From NCBI GenBank assembly GCA_051047955.1, contig JBPGPT010000039.1, forward strand, positions 62,001 to 122,801: a DNA stretch of 60,801 nt, written 5' to 3'. The translations under genes were made by a program, and so were the position numbers. This stretch comes from Cystobasidiomycetes sp. EMM_F5 (taxonomy: Eukaryota). Each line of letters opens with the position of its first letter. Position 1 is the stretch's first letter. Of the stretch, positions 26,414-37,483 are shown piece by piece. The notes below the pieces were generated by a model. The model searched no databases, was not told the origin of the DNA, and saw only the letters and a program-made list of their open reading frames with translations.

Positions 26414-27880
26414 ATGGATCTTCGCGTAGGCGGTAAATACCGCATTGGCAAAAAGATTGGATCGGGGTCTTTTGGTGGGTTGCAATGTTTACAATTCTTG
26501 ATCTATGCACTGCTGATGAGCACTGCCCGTCTAGGTGACATTTACCTCGGCGTCAACATCATCTCGGGAGAGGAAGTCGCCATCAAGCTAGAGTCCATCA
26601 AGGCAAAGCACCCACAGCTCGAGTATGAGGCAAAGGTGTACAAGGTGAGCAGATTAATTAGACGATGCGGCAACTGGCTGATATGTATGTCGTCTGCACC
26701 ACAGACCCTCGCAGGCGGTGTAGGCGTGCCATTCGTACGCTGGTATGGTATCGAGTGCGACTACAATGCCATGGTCATTGACCTACTCGGTCCATCCCTA
26801 GAAGACTTGTTCAACTTTTGCAACCGCCGATTCTCGCTCAAGACTGTCCTCCTCCTCGCCGACCAGCTCATCTCGCGAATCGAATACATTCACTCGCGAA
26901 ACTTTATCCACCGCGACATCAAGCCCGACAATTTCCTAATGGGTATCGGAAAGCGCGGCAACCAAGTCAATGTGATTGACTTTGGACTGGCGAAAAAGTA
27001 TAGAGACCCAAAGACGCACCTCCACATTCCGTACAGGGAGAATAAGAATTTGACGGGTACAGCTCGCTACACGTCCATCAACACCCATCTAGGAGTGGAG
27101 CAGTCGCGCCGTGATGATATGGAATCGCTCGGTTACGTCGTCATGTACTTTTTGCGAGGTCAGCTGCCGTGGCAGGGACTCAAGGCTGCCACAAAGAAGC
27201 AAAAGTACGACCGCATAATGGAGAAGAAGATGACTACGCCTACCGAGGTGCTGTGTCGTGGATTTCCCAATGAATTCTCCATCTACCTCAACTATTGCCG
27301 ATCCCTTCGATTCGATGACAAGCCAGACTATTCCTACCTGCGCAAGCTCTTTAGAGACCTCTTTGTCCGCGAAGGCTTTGCGTACGATTACATTTTTGAT
27401 TGGTCAGTACAGCAAAAGACGCAGGATGAGCAGGCTCAGGCTGCAAAGGAGGCGTCGGACAGACAGTACATTCAGCAACAGCTCACCGCTCAAGCAAACA
27501 TGAATTCCTCTTCTGCACAGCAGCAGGGTGGATCTGGACAGCCAAGAGCTGGAACGACACCCACTGGTGCAAACGGAGGGGATGCAGAAGGTATGCCGGG
27601 GCATTTACCCAGTCCAAGGGATAATGCGGCAGGTAGAGCTTCTGCAGCAGGACAATCTGCTCCTCGTCGCAAGGTTCTCCAGGATAATGTTGCAAACCCA
27701 AATGTCGGGTCAGACTGGCCTCCTGGCCCCTCTGGTGGTGCCAGCCCATCAAACAACCTCCAGAACCCACACGGATCAGAGAGGATGCTGCGCTCCCAAA
27801 CTAAAGCTCAGCACAATGTGGAAGATGCAAGATCCCCACCAAACGCTACAAGACGCCCAAATGACCCTCAGTGGTACTAG
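26414..27880 (+). CDS. HRR25: Casein kinase I (HRR25/Hhp1 type)
   Basis: [70 protein letters not shown]. Two stop-free in-frame introns lie near the 5' end. Probable 5'-UTR introns at ~25749-25850 and ~25928-25995. Confidence 0.98.
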   Translation: MDLRVGGKYRIGKKIGSGSFGGLQCLQFLIYALLMSTARLGDIYLGVNIISGEEVAIKLESIKAKHPQLEYEAKVYKVSRLIRRCGNWLICMSSAPQTLAGGVGVPFVRWYGIECDYNAMVIDLLGPSLEDLFNFCNRRFSLKTVLLLADQLISRIEYIHSRNFIHRDIKPDNFLMGIGKRGNQVNVIDFGLAKKYRDPKTHLHIPYRENKNLTGTARYTSINTHLGVEQSRRDDMESLGYVVMYFLRGQLPWQGLKAATKKQKYDRIMEKKMTTPTEVLCRGFPNEFSIYLNYCRSLRFDDKPDYSYLRKLFRDLFVREGFAYDYIFDWSVQQKTQDEQAQAAKEASDRQYIQQQLTAQANMNSSSAQQQGGSGQPRAGTTPTGANGGDAEGMPGHLPSPRDNAAGRASAAGQSAPRRKVLQDNVANPNVGSDWPPGPSGGASPSNNLQNPHGSERMLRSQTKAQHNVEDARSPPNATRRPNDPQWY

Positions 27881-29392
27881 GTTGGTGCACTGTCTGGCTT
27901 CCCCATGTCCCTTTCAAGTACACACTGTCTTTGAAGAAAGGCTGGATCTGTTGCAGTTGGCAATGGTATTCTATTATTCGACGGTTGTATAACGGGGCGT
28001 GCATCGCCAAACCACTGCCCTTTGGACCGTCTGCCTACATCACTCGCACATCCAAACCAATCTTTTTTTCCCGTCGACTGCCCATCTTTGTCGCACCCGC
28101 GTGATTACGAACCTTATCTTCGGAGACTGGTTCGGCCTATTGATCTGTGTGTAGTGCTGGTAGTCGACGAGAAATGAAGCGAACGCAATTGCGGAGGACT
28201 TGCAATTCTCGATGGACTTAATGCATGCGGCACATCTGGACAAGCCACAAGCGCATCGCAGTCTGACGCGCTGCTTCAAATGCTTTGCCGCAAAATCTAC
28301 TCTATCGTGTCCCCCCTCGCGAGGCAGAAACCTCGCTTCGCAAGCAACCGCGTGTCGCCTTCAGGCTTTCAATATCACCTCTGAGCCTCCTTTCTCATTT
28401 CCCGCACAATGCGCAAACAACCTGCTCCACGATGCCTACTGTGCCATGTGTATCTGCAACATTTCGTTATCCCACCCCACTCTCTACGCATGTATTTCCA
28501 CGCACGACGACGATGTTACGACAAAGTTTCAATCACGCACCCCGTTCCACACCCATTCGTTCCCACCTCCGTTTTTTAGTGTCCACTCTGCAATACCTCG
28601 CTCGTCGAAAGGTAGTCGACCCGACACAGATGATATTGACTGCGCCTGTATCAACAGCAATAAACGAGAATACATCAGCAAGACCTGGTGCCGCTCTTTC
28701 CATTGTTTTCAAGAAATTTGTCGCGGATTCGGTCAGAGCCTTGCCATCTTTTCGCGAGCCCTTCATCCCCGTATAAACAAATTCTACTTGCGTGCTTCGA
28801 CATCGGGACTGGACCGCATTACCCTGGCGATGGGCAGTCGTTTACTTGATCGTCAAGCGCATAGCCCTCGTATAAATCGATCTGCGCGATACAGCGCATC
28901 TTTTTCTTTGCCGTCGGAAGAAGTTACATTGGCTTTTCATCACCATTCATCTAGCCTCTGTCTGTGGAACCACACGGAAAGATGCACAGAGGGGTCGATG
29001 GATGCCCTCTATGTTGCAACGATGGCCATACTCGGTCTCTCGTAATCCCCCTCCCTTCCCACCTACTTTGACGCACAACCCTCGCTGGAGCATCGTGAGG
29101 ATCTCTGCTGCTGTGATATTTCCCGATAGTATCGCCTGCAGTGTCTCCCTCAAGCCTTTTTCCCACTAGTCGTAGCCGTAGCAATTGTCATGCTTTCTCG
29201 TTGTCACCGCCAGAGATGCCATAATAACACTGCTTTTCTGACCAAGTCCTTTGCATCCCTCGTCTTGTAATTCGCTCATTGTATTGTCCCGATCGCGTCC
29301 AATACCGCGTAAATGGACGCTGCAAATGGGCTACAGCGGGTTTGTCTTTCACTGAGCATTTGTGTCAAGGTCTCTCACTCTGCACACCCAAC

Positions 29393-30781
29393 ATGACCAC
29401 GCTCGATAAGGGTAAAGGCCCCGAGAAGCCCGCTGGGTACCAGCAGCCGTGGTGCGTGTTTACCTGAGCAGGTCTGAAATATACGACCGAGTTGCTGATA
29501 ATCTGGCCCTGCCTACACACTCACTGATACTTCCTTATCAACTCCCTTCCTCGCACTGCATTCCCTCTTGAAAAGGGTCGAAAAGTATCGACCGCTCCTG
29601 CTCGACGATATCGTCGGAAACAGCGAAACTGTCGACCGCCTGAAGATTATCGCTCGAGATGGTAATTGCCCTCACATGATGCTGTCTGTGAGTAGCTTCA
29701 CATCGTCTACATACCTAGGACACATCTGCTAAGCGGTTGGATTGGCCCAGGGTACCCCGGGTATCGGAAAGACTACGTCCATCTTGTGTCTGGCCCACGC
29801 AATGCTGGGTCCAGCCTACAAGGAAGCAGTCCTCGAGCTCAACGCATCAGACGAGCGCGGTATAGACGTCGTACGAAATCAGATCAAGGGATTCGCGCAG
29901 AAAAAGGTCACGCTTCCACCAGGGCGACACAAGTTTGTCATCCTCGACGAAGCGGATTCGATGACTGCTGGAGCACAGCAAGCACTCAGAAGAACAATGG
30001 AGATCTACTCAAATACGACAAGATTTGCTATCGCCTGCAATCAGAGTAGTAAGATTATTGAGCCCATACAGAGCAGGTATATGCAGGCGTTCAAGACTTT
30101 GGGGGGATAAGCAAACACTGACGCCCAAGTCTGCCGGTAGATGTGCAATCCTGCGGTATCGAAGGCTGAGCGATGAAGAAATACTGCAACGCTTGTCGGA
30201 GATCTGCCAATTAGAGGGGGTACGTCAAAGTCAGGAAATCGCCTTCACAGTGTAACCATCTGACGTGACAATGCGGCAGGTCAAGTATTCTGACGATGGC
30301 TTGGCGTCCCTAATTTTCACTGCCGAAGGAGACATGAGACAAGCCATCAACAATCTTCAATCAACATGGGCGGGTTTCGGCTTTGTTTCTCCCGACGCAG
30401 TCTTCAAAGTTTGCGATTTGCCTCACCCAGTCACCATTAACAAAATGATCAGCGCATGCGAAAAGGGCAATGTGGATGATTCCCTCAAAGCCCTTGACGA
30501 GCTGTGGAGTTCAGGCTACTCGGCAGTCGATATTGTATCGACCATCTTCAGAGTCGTCAAGAATAACGATACAATGCCGGAGTACAGGAAGCTGGAGTTC
30601 ATCAAGGTGAGTCTCAGCATAAAGTAAAAGTTTTATGGTTGGCCTGAGTCGCATGCCTGTGCAGGAAATTGGCTTCACCCACATGCGGATACTGGAAGGA
30701 GTCAGTACAGTAGTGCAATTAGGAGGGCTTTTAGCGCGCCTGTGCAAGCTGCAAATAAAGCCAGAGACTTTCGAAGTTTGA
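29393..30781 (+). CDS. RFC4: Replication factor C small subunit (yeast Rfc4 / human RFC2)
   Basis: [89 protein letters not shown]. Confidence 0.97.
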
Positions 30782-30890
30782 GAAGCCCCACTGGGCAGAA
30801 GCATACCGGCGGAGACTAGCCTGTAGCATCGATGTCAACAACAACTCAGCAGGAGGCTAACACAGCAAAGAGGGGAAAAGTAATGTCAGA

Positions 30891-32042
30891 CTAGCGTTTC
30901 CTCTCGGCTTTCCACTTCCACGTTCTCGCCCCAGTTGCAATACCGACTTCCGGCGTCGGTAATTTCCTCTTCTGGCTGCCTAGTCGTTTCAACTCCAGCT
31001 CGTCCAGGTCATTCTCGTTGAGCCTTTCGGCCTCCCTGTCCAGTTGCGCATTCTTTGACCCTACAACCATCTTGCTGCCTTTGCCCATAATGGCACGCTG
31101 TACCTCCATTTCGCGAGCTGTGCGCCGCAGAAGAGCAAGTCGTTCTTGTCGCGCCACCAGTTCTGTCGATAGACTGCTGAGGTGTGCATTCCTCTCCATT
31201 TCCGCTTCTTTCAGTGACTCGCCCTGCACGGCTTCCGGCAAAGCTTTCCCTTTTCCCTTGCGCGTGTCTTGCTGGGTTGTTGCTACCGTCAGGTTACTCT
31301 TGGGCTTGTACTTTGCAGCTGTATGAGGGGTTATCAAGTCATGCAGATGGGCGAGGCGGATTGCAAATAAAAAAGACCAACCCTCTTTGGCAGACTGTAC
31401 GAACACTGTCTTTCGGCCCTGCCCGCTTCCAACTCCAATCAACGACAGAATAGACTGCTTTGAAGTGCCTTCTTGTCTATCCATATCGTCATCTTCGCTG
31501 TCGCTGTAGTCTGCTTGCTCAGCGTTGCTGTGAAAAGCCACCGTTGCGCCCAATTCGTTCTTCAGCCTTTGTATGAGCTAGAGTGTGTTGGCAATGAACA
31601 TTTAGCGTGATCTATACGGCAGTCTGCCAGAGGCAAAGGGCACCTTTTCCTCCGTCGCTAGCAAAGTCCGAACATATCCAGCATCCTGCGTCTTCAGCAA
31701 TTTGACAACATCGGTTGGCATTGCGACATTGCCTCTATCTTGAATGTGAACTCCTTTCTTTGTACCGCAATCTTGAATTAGTCTTACCACACGAATTATC
31801 TTTTGAACTCGTCGCCAACTCACCTCGGTTTTGCCTCTGACCATGCCAAAATAAAACTCATCCTTGTTGCGGGTGCTCGCCTTCTGACGCAGTTTCTTTA
31901 TACGGTCTTCCTTTGAATGAAAGTCCTTTGCACGCTTCACATAGTCGCCGTGCTTCTCGAGCAGCCCAAGTCGCTGCCGGTGCTTGAGCTGACCGCGCTC
32001 TCGGTGCTGCTTTTTCGCAATGTCAAGTCTGTCGCCCGCCAT
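30891..32042 (-). CDS. UTP11: U3 snoRNP/SSU processome protein Utp11
   Basis: HRERGQLKHRQRLGLLEKHGDYVKRAKDFH; RNKDEFYFGM; KLLKTQDAGYVR; C-terminal WKWKAERKR. Confidence 0.95.
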
Positions 32043-32275
32043 TTTTCAAGACAGAAATCAGATAATTCGCGTAGGCTGGTGTTGTAAGAGCACTGAGGGC
32101 AAGTTGGCAAGCAATATCTGAGCGTATTGATCGATATCGCCACAAAGAAGTGCTATTTTGCTGGTATATCCAACGAGAAACGAGCTAATGGTCTTCTGGC
32201 CTACGTTTCAATCCTTCTCACGTTCCCTGAACGAATCCCTGTTTCTGTCGAAGCTTTGGGCCCTGTGTGCGGATA

Positions 32276-33501
32276 TCAAATGTACTGCAAAACTAGAATT
32301 TGTTGACCGAATGGACATACCTTTTCGTCAAGCTCCTTCCACTTCTGCATCAATTCTGTTCGCACTCGCTCTTCCAACTGGCGACCGGCTAACGATGTGC
32401 TAAAGGCTGAAGTCCTTTCTTCTCGACCATATCCAGTGTACGCACCAGAGGACGTCTGATTGAGTGCAGCAAATAAGTAGTTGCGACTGCCAAACTCCGC
32501 GGACCACGAGACAAGGTTCACAGATCTATGTGATACGTGGTCAGGAGGGTTGCGCCCTAGTTCGACCAGCTCACTCACATTGCGAACAGCCTAGGAAAGT
32601 CGCGACGGATTTCTGACCGGCAAAGGCCAGGATGTGCATTATTGATGACCACTCCCTCTGCATTTCTGGTCTCGGAGAGCATCTTGCATATGTAGATGAC
32701 GAGGAGTTTGCTTGTGTTGTATCTCTCGTCGGGCAAACCGAAATATTTTGGATCATTAAGCGCATCGAGGATAGACCCTGGTGCGTTTTGCGCTGGGACT
32801 TGTGCCATAAAGTGAGCTTCAGTGAACCTAATCATCAGCTATTCGATCATGCGTTGTGCTTGCCCTTTCCCAATTGACCTACCTTCACTACCGGAGATCG
32901 TCAGATGCGGTTGCAAATCTGGAGAACCGGGCGGTCGGGCGAGCTTGGCAGTCGCTGAGAGTTTCGGTAGCAGAAGCCAGGCTAAGTAGCTTGTAGAGAT
33001 CACATTGACTTGTAGAGTTTCCTCCCAGCCATCTTTTGTATACCGTATAGATGGGCCAGCTGTACCAGCGTTGAGTATGACAATGTCCAATCTTTCCAAC
33101 TCAGCCGACATGCGTTGAGCAAAGGCACCGACGCTGGAAAGATCTGCCATGTCGAGTTGAACGACCTCAATGTCCGTTGAGAGATGGGGAGAAGCTGCTT
33201 TGATCCGTTCCGCCGCCGCATGACCTTTGGAAACATCACGCACGGCGAGAATGAGACGAGAGCAATTCATTTGAGCAAGATGGAGAGCTGTCTCATAGCC
33301 GAGACTGTAATATGCAGTACTTCAGTTCGATTGGATGAACACGAGAGACGTAATGAACTACCCTTGATTTGCCCCGGTCACGATGCAGACGCGGCCAGTG
33401 AGGTCAGCTTGTGGAAGTGGTATTTGAGTGGTTAGGTGCCTCCATATCCATTTCAGCGGGTTGAAGTCGACGAGTATGGACCATAAAGACACGGTAGACA
33501 T
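32276..33501 (-). CDS. Short-chain dehydrogenase/reductase (retinol-DH/WWOX-like)
   Basis: LTGRVCIVTGANQG; RLILAVRD; QLDMADLSSV; LDIVILNAG; WEETLQVNVIST; RYNTSKLL (YxxSK); HPGLCRSEI. Confidence 0.92.
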
Positions 33502-33544
33502 TACGGAACTGAGAATCAGTAGGTCGGCAGAGTGCTAACTGATT

Positions 33545-34529
33545 ATGGCGACCAGAAAGACCATCGGTACTGATACATATTACTCATGATGAGAGCTGAC
33601 TGAAGCTGACCGACCGCGTGTATGCTCCTACTCTTGACGATTAAAGTGTTTGTGACAGGTCAGTGTTGAAATGAGTCAAGGTGTGCAGCGCGAAACGTCT
33701 AAATCATGAATATATCCGTGCAAAGGCAACGCGAACAAGCTGAAAGAAGTGAAAGCTATACTCCAAGCCGGGTCGTCGCCTGTTGACGTTCAGTCGAAGG
33801 ACCTTGACCGTCAGTCGCGTCACTCAGATTACTCCCCACCTGCAATGACACTTTTGCACAGTGCCAGAAATTCAAGGCAGCAATAACGAGGTAGCGCTCG
33901 CCAAAGTGAAAGCTGCGGCTGAATTGCTGAAGGGTAAAGTAACGCTGGTTCCAGGTCGACCTTTGTTCTGACGATGCCACAGGACCATGCATAACAGAGG
34001 ACACTGCGTTAGGCTTCAAGGCTATGAACGGCCTACCAGGCCCATTCATAAAGTTCTTCCTCAAGGAGCTAGGTCATCAAGGCGAGCTCAGTAGAGAGAC
34101 CTATTATGCCGGCTGACTCGCTAACACAGGCCTGAATGACATGCTGAAAGGTTTCCCCAACAACGAAGCCACAGCTGTGTGCACTTTCGGTTACTGTAGT
34201 GGGCCTGGAGCAGAGCCGACACTATTCGTTGGCGAGACAGATGGTCGAATCGTTCCCGCTCGAGGGCCTTCAAATTTCGGATGGGTAGGGCAGAGATTCG
34301 CTCGCAGGGGCGTTTAGACAAGAGCTAATCTACGATGCTACAGGACCCCGTGTTTGAGGTCGAAGGCACTGGCCTTACGTAAGCCTGCCAATACGTGCAT
34401 AGCCAGCTGCAGTGCTGAACTTCCACAAACCACAGGTATGCGGAGATGCCCTCCGAACAGAAAAACACGCTTTCACATCGATACAAAGCCCTGGATAAGC
34501 TTAGAGAGTATCTCCAGAGTCTACCGTAG
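33545..34529 (+). CDS. HAM1: Inosine triphosphate pyrophosphatase (ITPase); not captured by the ORF track because of many short exons
   Basis: Spliced: [24 protein letters not shown]...LPEIQG...[25 protein letters not shown]...[19 protein letters not shown]...[20 protein letters not shown]. Confidence 0.95.
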
Positions 34530-34806
34530 CGCAGTCCGTCTCTGCTGTTGTCGCGTTGCCCTGAGTGTATTCAGCGGACTTTTCTCGCCACTGAGACTTC
34601 GCGTGCCAGTGGTGGTCAGAATTTTGAGCCCTGAAGATTTGCCCAGGCTACCGTCAATTCCTTCCAACAACACCAGGCAGCAGCCGTACGCATCCAGACA
34701 GCTCGTAAGTTGACAGAATCGTTATACCGACTTGCTCACTGACCGCTGTTCATTGTCCCTCTACACCTCTTCTAGCCTGCACGTTCACTTTTTTTCAGTC
34801 GCCAAA

Positions 34807-35580
34807 ATGCTCCTCTTCACCGACGTCCTGTGCAACGACGAGCTGTGCTCGGACGCATACAACCCAAAGGAGGTCGACGACATTGTCTACGAGATTGACT
34901 GCCAGACTGTGGTCATCAAGGACGGAGATGTCGATATCGGTAAGCTAGCCTCAGATCTGACCGGACAATGCCAGCCCGACGTCAAGCGTAATGACTGACT
35001 TGTCGACCATGACATCCACAGGCGCCAACGCTTCCGCCGAGGAGGCCTCTGAGCAGCTCGAGGATGGAGCTCAAACAGTCATCAACGCTGTACGTTGCAC
35101 TCTGAATTGTCGTACGGAACCACTACATGAACTACATTGACCCCATGGCCTCGCACAGGTCCACTCTTTCCGTCTTTCTTCCACGCAATTCGACAAAAAG
35201 TCCTACCTGACCTACCTCAAGGGCTACATGAAGGCCATCAAGGGCCACTTGGAGAAGAACAACCCAGAGCGCGTAGCTGCGTTCGAGAAGGGTGCGCAGA
35301 CGTTCGCCAAAAAGGTTGTCGCCAACTTCAAGGACTACGAGTTCTACACTGGCGAAAGCATGGACCCGGATGTACGTTTCTCCTCGTTCTGGGACGGATT
35401 TGATCCTTGTTGACGATCTATTGGTTTGCAGGGCATGGTTGTCCTCCTCAACTACCGCGAAGACGGTACCACCCCTTATTTGACCTTCTGTGGGCCTAGT
35501 ACTTCCATGCTCGTATGTAGTGCTGGCTGATTTATTTTCCTCTTCCAGGGAAGGATGGTCTCAAGGAAACTAAGATCTAA
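34807..35580 (+). CDS. TMA19: Translationally controlled tumour protein homolog
   Basis: MLLFTDVLCNDELCSDAY; VDIG|ANASAEE; FDKKSYLTYLKGYMKAIK; KDYEFYTGESMDPD|GMVVLLNYREDGTTPY...WKDGLKETKI*. Confidence 0.97.
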
Positions 35581-35702
35581 GCGCTCATGCTGACGTAGAT
35601 ACTGTTGTACCTGTATCGAAATATTATGTAGGGGGGTCGCTCGAGTTTTCCATCCGTGACTTGCCCAGGGTTCCAGCAGTCATTTCCGATGTGGCAACCA
35701 GA

Positions 35703-36548
35703 TTACATTTTGGAGGAACCGAGCTCATCGTATATTCTACGATGGAGGCAATACGATGCTACCTCTGGAAGAAGCCAATCATTACGCGGAGATTCCGGCT
35801 GTTTTGTTCCGCTCTCGGTCTGCTTGAGACTGTTGCGGATCTTTGTTGAACTGATGCCGTTAGCAGCAGGTATATTGGCCATACGAAGCTTGTGCATTTG
35901 CATGTATCGCTTTACGTATGGTCGCGAGCACAATTCGCCTTCTTCCTCGGTCACGGCGTCCTTTGCAGAGGTGTGCTCTGGCCTTCGAATGCAGATTACA
36001 TCGCAGTCGTTGTCAACGAGAAACTTGTCAATGACGCGCTCGAGTTCTTCTTCAGAGTCATTGTAGTACCGCTTAGCGAATAGGCGAACGACAGTGTCAA
36101 AGCCGATAAAGAACGTCAGGCAAATTGGTCTTGACGCCAGCGCAGGCGAACCTCGAAGCAGGTCCAGTACAATAGGCGCCTTATCTGCATAATTTGCTGC
36201 AGCAAGCGTAGCTACTGCAATAGTCTCGCACTTGATGTCGCCGTTTGCAGCCATACGCTTGGCCATCAGCTCCATCATTTCGGTTCGTTGTTGGAGGTTC
36301 GCATGGCCGGGTTTGCCCTTGGTACCCTTGTCCGCGTTCACGGATGACAATAACAGCAGATGCGCATCGTAGTGTTCGGATTCGAATGCCGCAATCGCAT
36401 AGTGGGCTCGTGTAGGCGGATCAAACGAGCTGTCGAGGATAGCAATCTTGAGCGGTTTATCGGAAGGAGATGCACCTTGCTTGATTGGCCATGTTGGCGT
36501 CGACTTCCACACAACTTGCATTGCCGTGCGCACAAGTCGAGCTGTCAT
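35703..36548 (-). CDS. POF1-like nicotinamide-nucleotide adenylyltransferase (cytidylyltransferase superfamily), intronless
   Basis: ILDSSFDPPTRAH (HIGH-like motif); LLLSSVNADK; FFIGFDTVVRLFAKRYY; ISSTKIR; LLPEVASY. Confidence 0.88.
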   Translation of the reverse strand: MTARLVRTAMQVVWKSTPTWPIKQGASPSDKPLKIAILDSSFDPPTRAHYAIAAFESEHYDAHLLLLSSVNADKGTKGKPGHANLQQRTEMMELMAKRMAANGDIKCETIAVATLAAANYADKAPIVLDLLRGSPALASRPICLTFFIGFDTVVRLFAKRYYNDSEEELERVIDKFLVDNDCDVICIRRPEHTSAKDAVTEEEGELCSRPYVKRYMQMHKLRMANIPAANGISSTKIRNSLKQTESGTKQPESPRNDWLLPEVASYCLHRRIYDELGSSKM

Positions 36549-36638
36549 GTAAATTGTCGAAACATTATTGGAATGACGAAAGCCAAGGTACAGTACGTCT
36601 CCACGCACAACATTCGGCATATTTGGGTTGAGATACAG

Positions 36639-37420
36639 TTAATGCCGCCATCTGGCTGCATGACCAGCACCGTCTGCTACAGCTGGCTCGACAAAGCCGC
36701 GAAAGTCCCAATACTCTCCCTTTGCGTCTTTGACATCCCGCTGGAATCTCATGCCGTGTCCGGAGGATACTCGCACTTCGTATGCTAAGACACTGTGAGG
36801 CAGCCAGAAGACGTTTGCCCAAGTACTGTCGGCATGATAAGTTTCTGTGCGGGCGCTTCTGGTAGACGGATGAATGCACACCGGCCGTTCCAGATGAGGT
36901 TAAAGACACGCTCGGCCATTGCGTTCTTGTCTGAATTGGTTCCCGTCGAGACTCCCCACCACCCTGAACTATCGCGATGACTGTGTTTTGTGAATGCGCG
37001 GCCGCCCTTGTGCATCTGTATCGCCTGCTTGTCTTGTTTGGTGTGTTCTTCGATGAATGACGTCCAGCACATCTCGCGACACGGCGGCACTTCGCCGTAT
37101 GCTGATCCAGCGGTCACCGCCAGGCCCTGTAGGATGTGCAGCTGTATCACGTCTGTAGCTAGCGACAGCCGAGGTGTTGTCCAGCCATTCGCATCATGAT
37201 TCGCATTTAGAGAGTCTCGCTCAGCTTGAGCAAAGTCGAGCTCGCGCATCCCAGCGCATGATGGTCGTTGCAGCATGCATCGATAGTGACACCTCAGACT
37301 GATGGAGGCGCTGGGTTGGATGTATGTTGGGTCGTACAGAGCAGAAACGCTTTATAATGATTAGCAACTGTTGACGTTGAAGCGATTGGCCATTTCTCCG
37401 GCTTCTGTCAAATATGGCAT
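36639..37420 (-). CDS. Conserved uncharacterised protein with a GRAxxKH...WWG...KN...EVR...G.R...FRGFVEP domain (toxin-RNase-like)
   Basis: ORFs 36785-37276 and 36639-36881 are joined by a GTGTGC...GACAG intron: GGRAFTKHSHRDSSGWWGVSTGTNSDKNAMA...GR|TWANVFWLPHSVLAYEVRVSSGHGMRF...FRGFVEPAVADGAGHAARWRH*. The 5' exon and start are uncertain. Confidence 0.7.
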
Positions 37421-37483
37421 GCAGCATTGCGTAACGGCGCTCCAGGCAGAGCTGCGCCGTATGCTGAGCTGTCCGGACGCAAT

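Noticed and set aside
33587..33610. ATGATGA...CTGA in HAM1 intron 1 as a C/D snoRNA
   Set aside because: The boxes are under 20 nt apart, too short for a snoRNA, and CTGAC is explained as a branch point.
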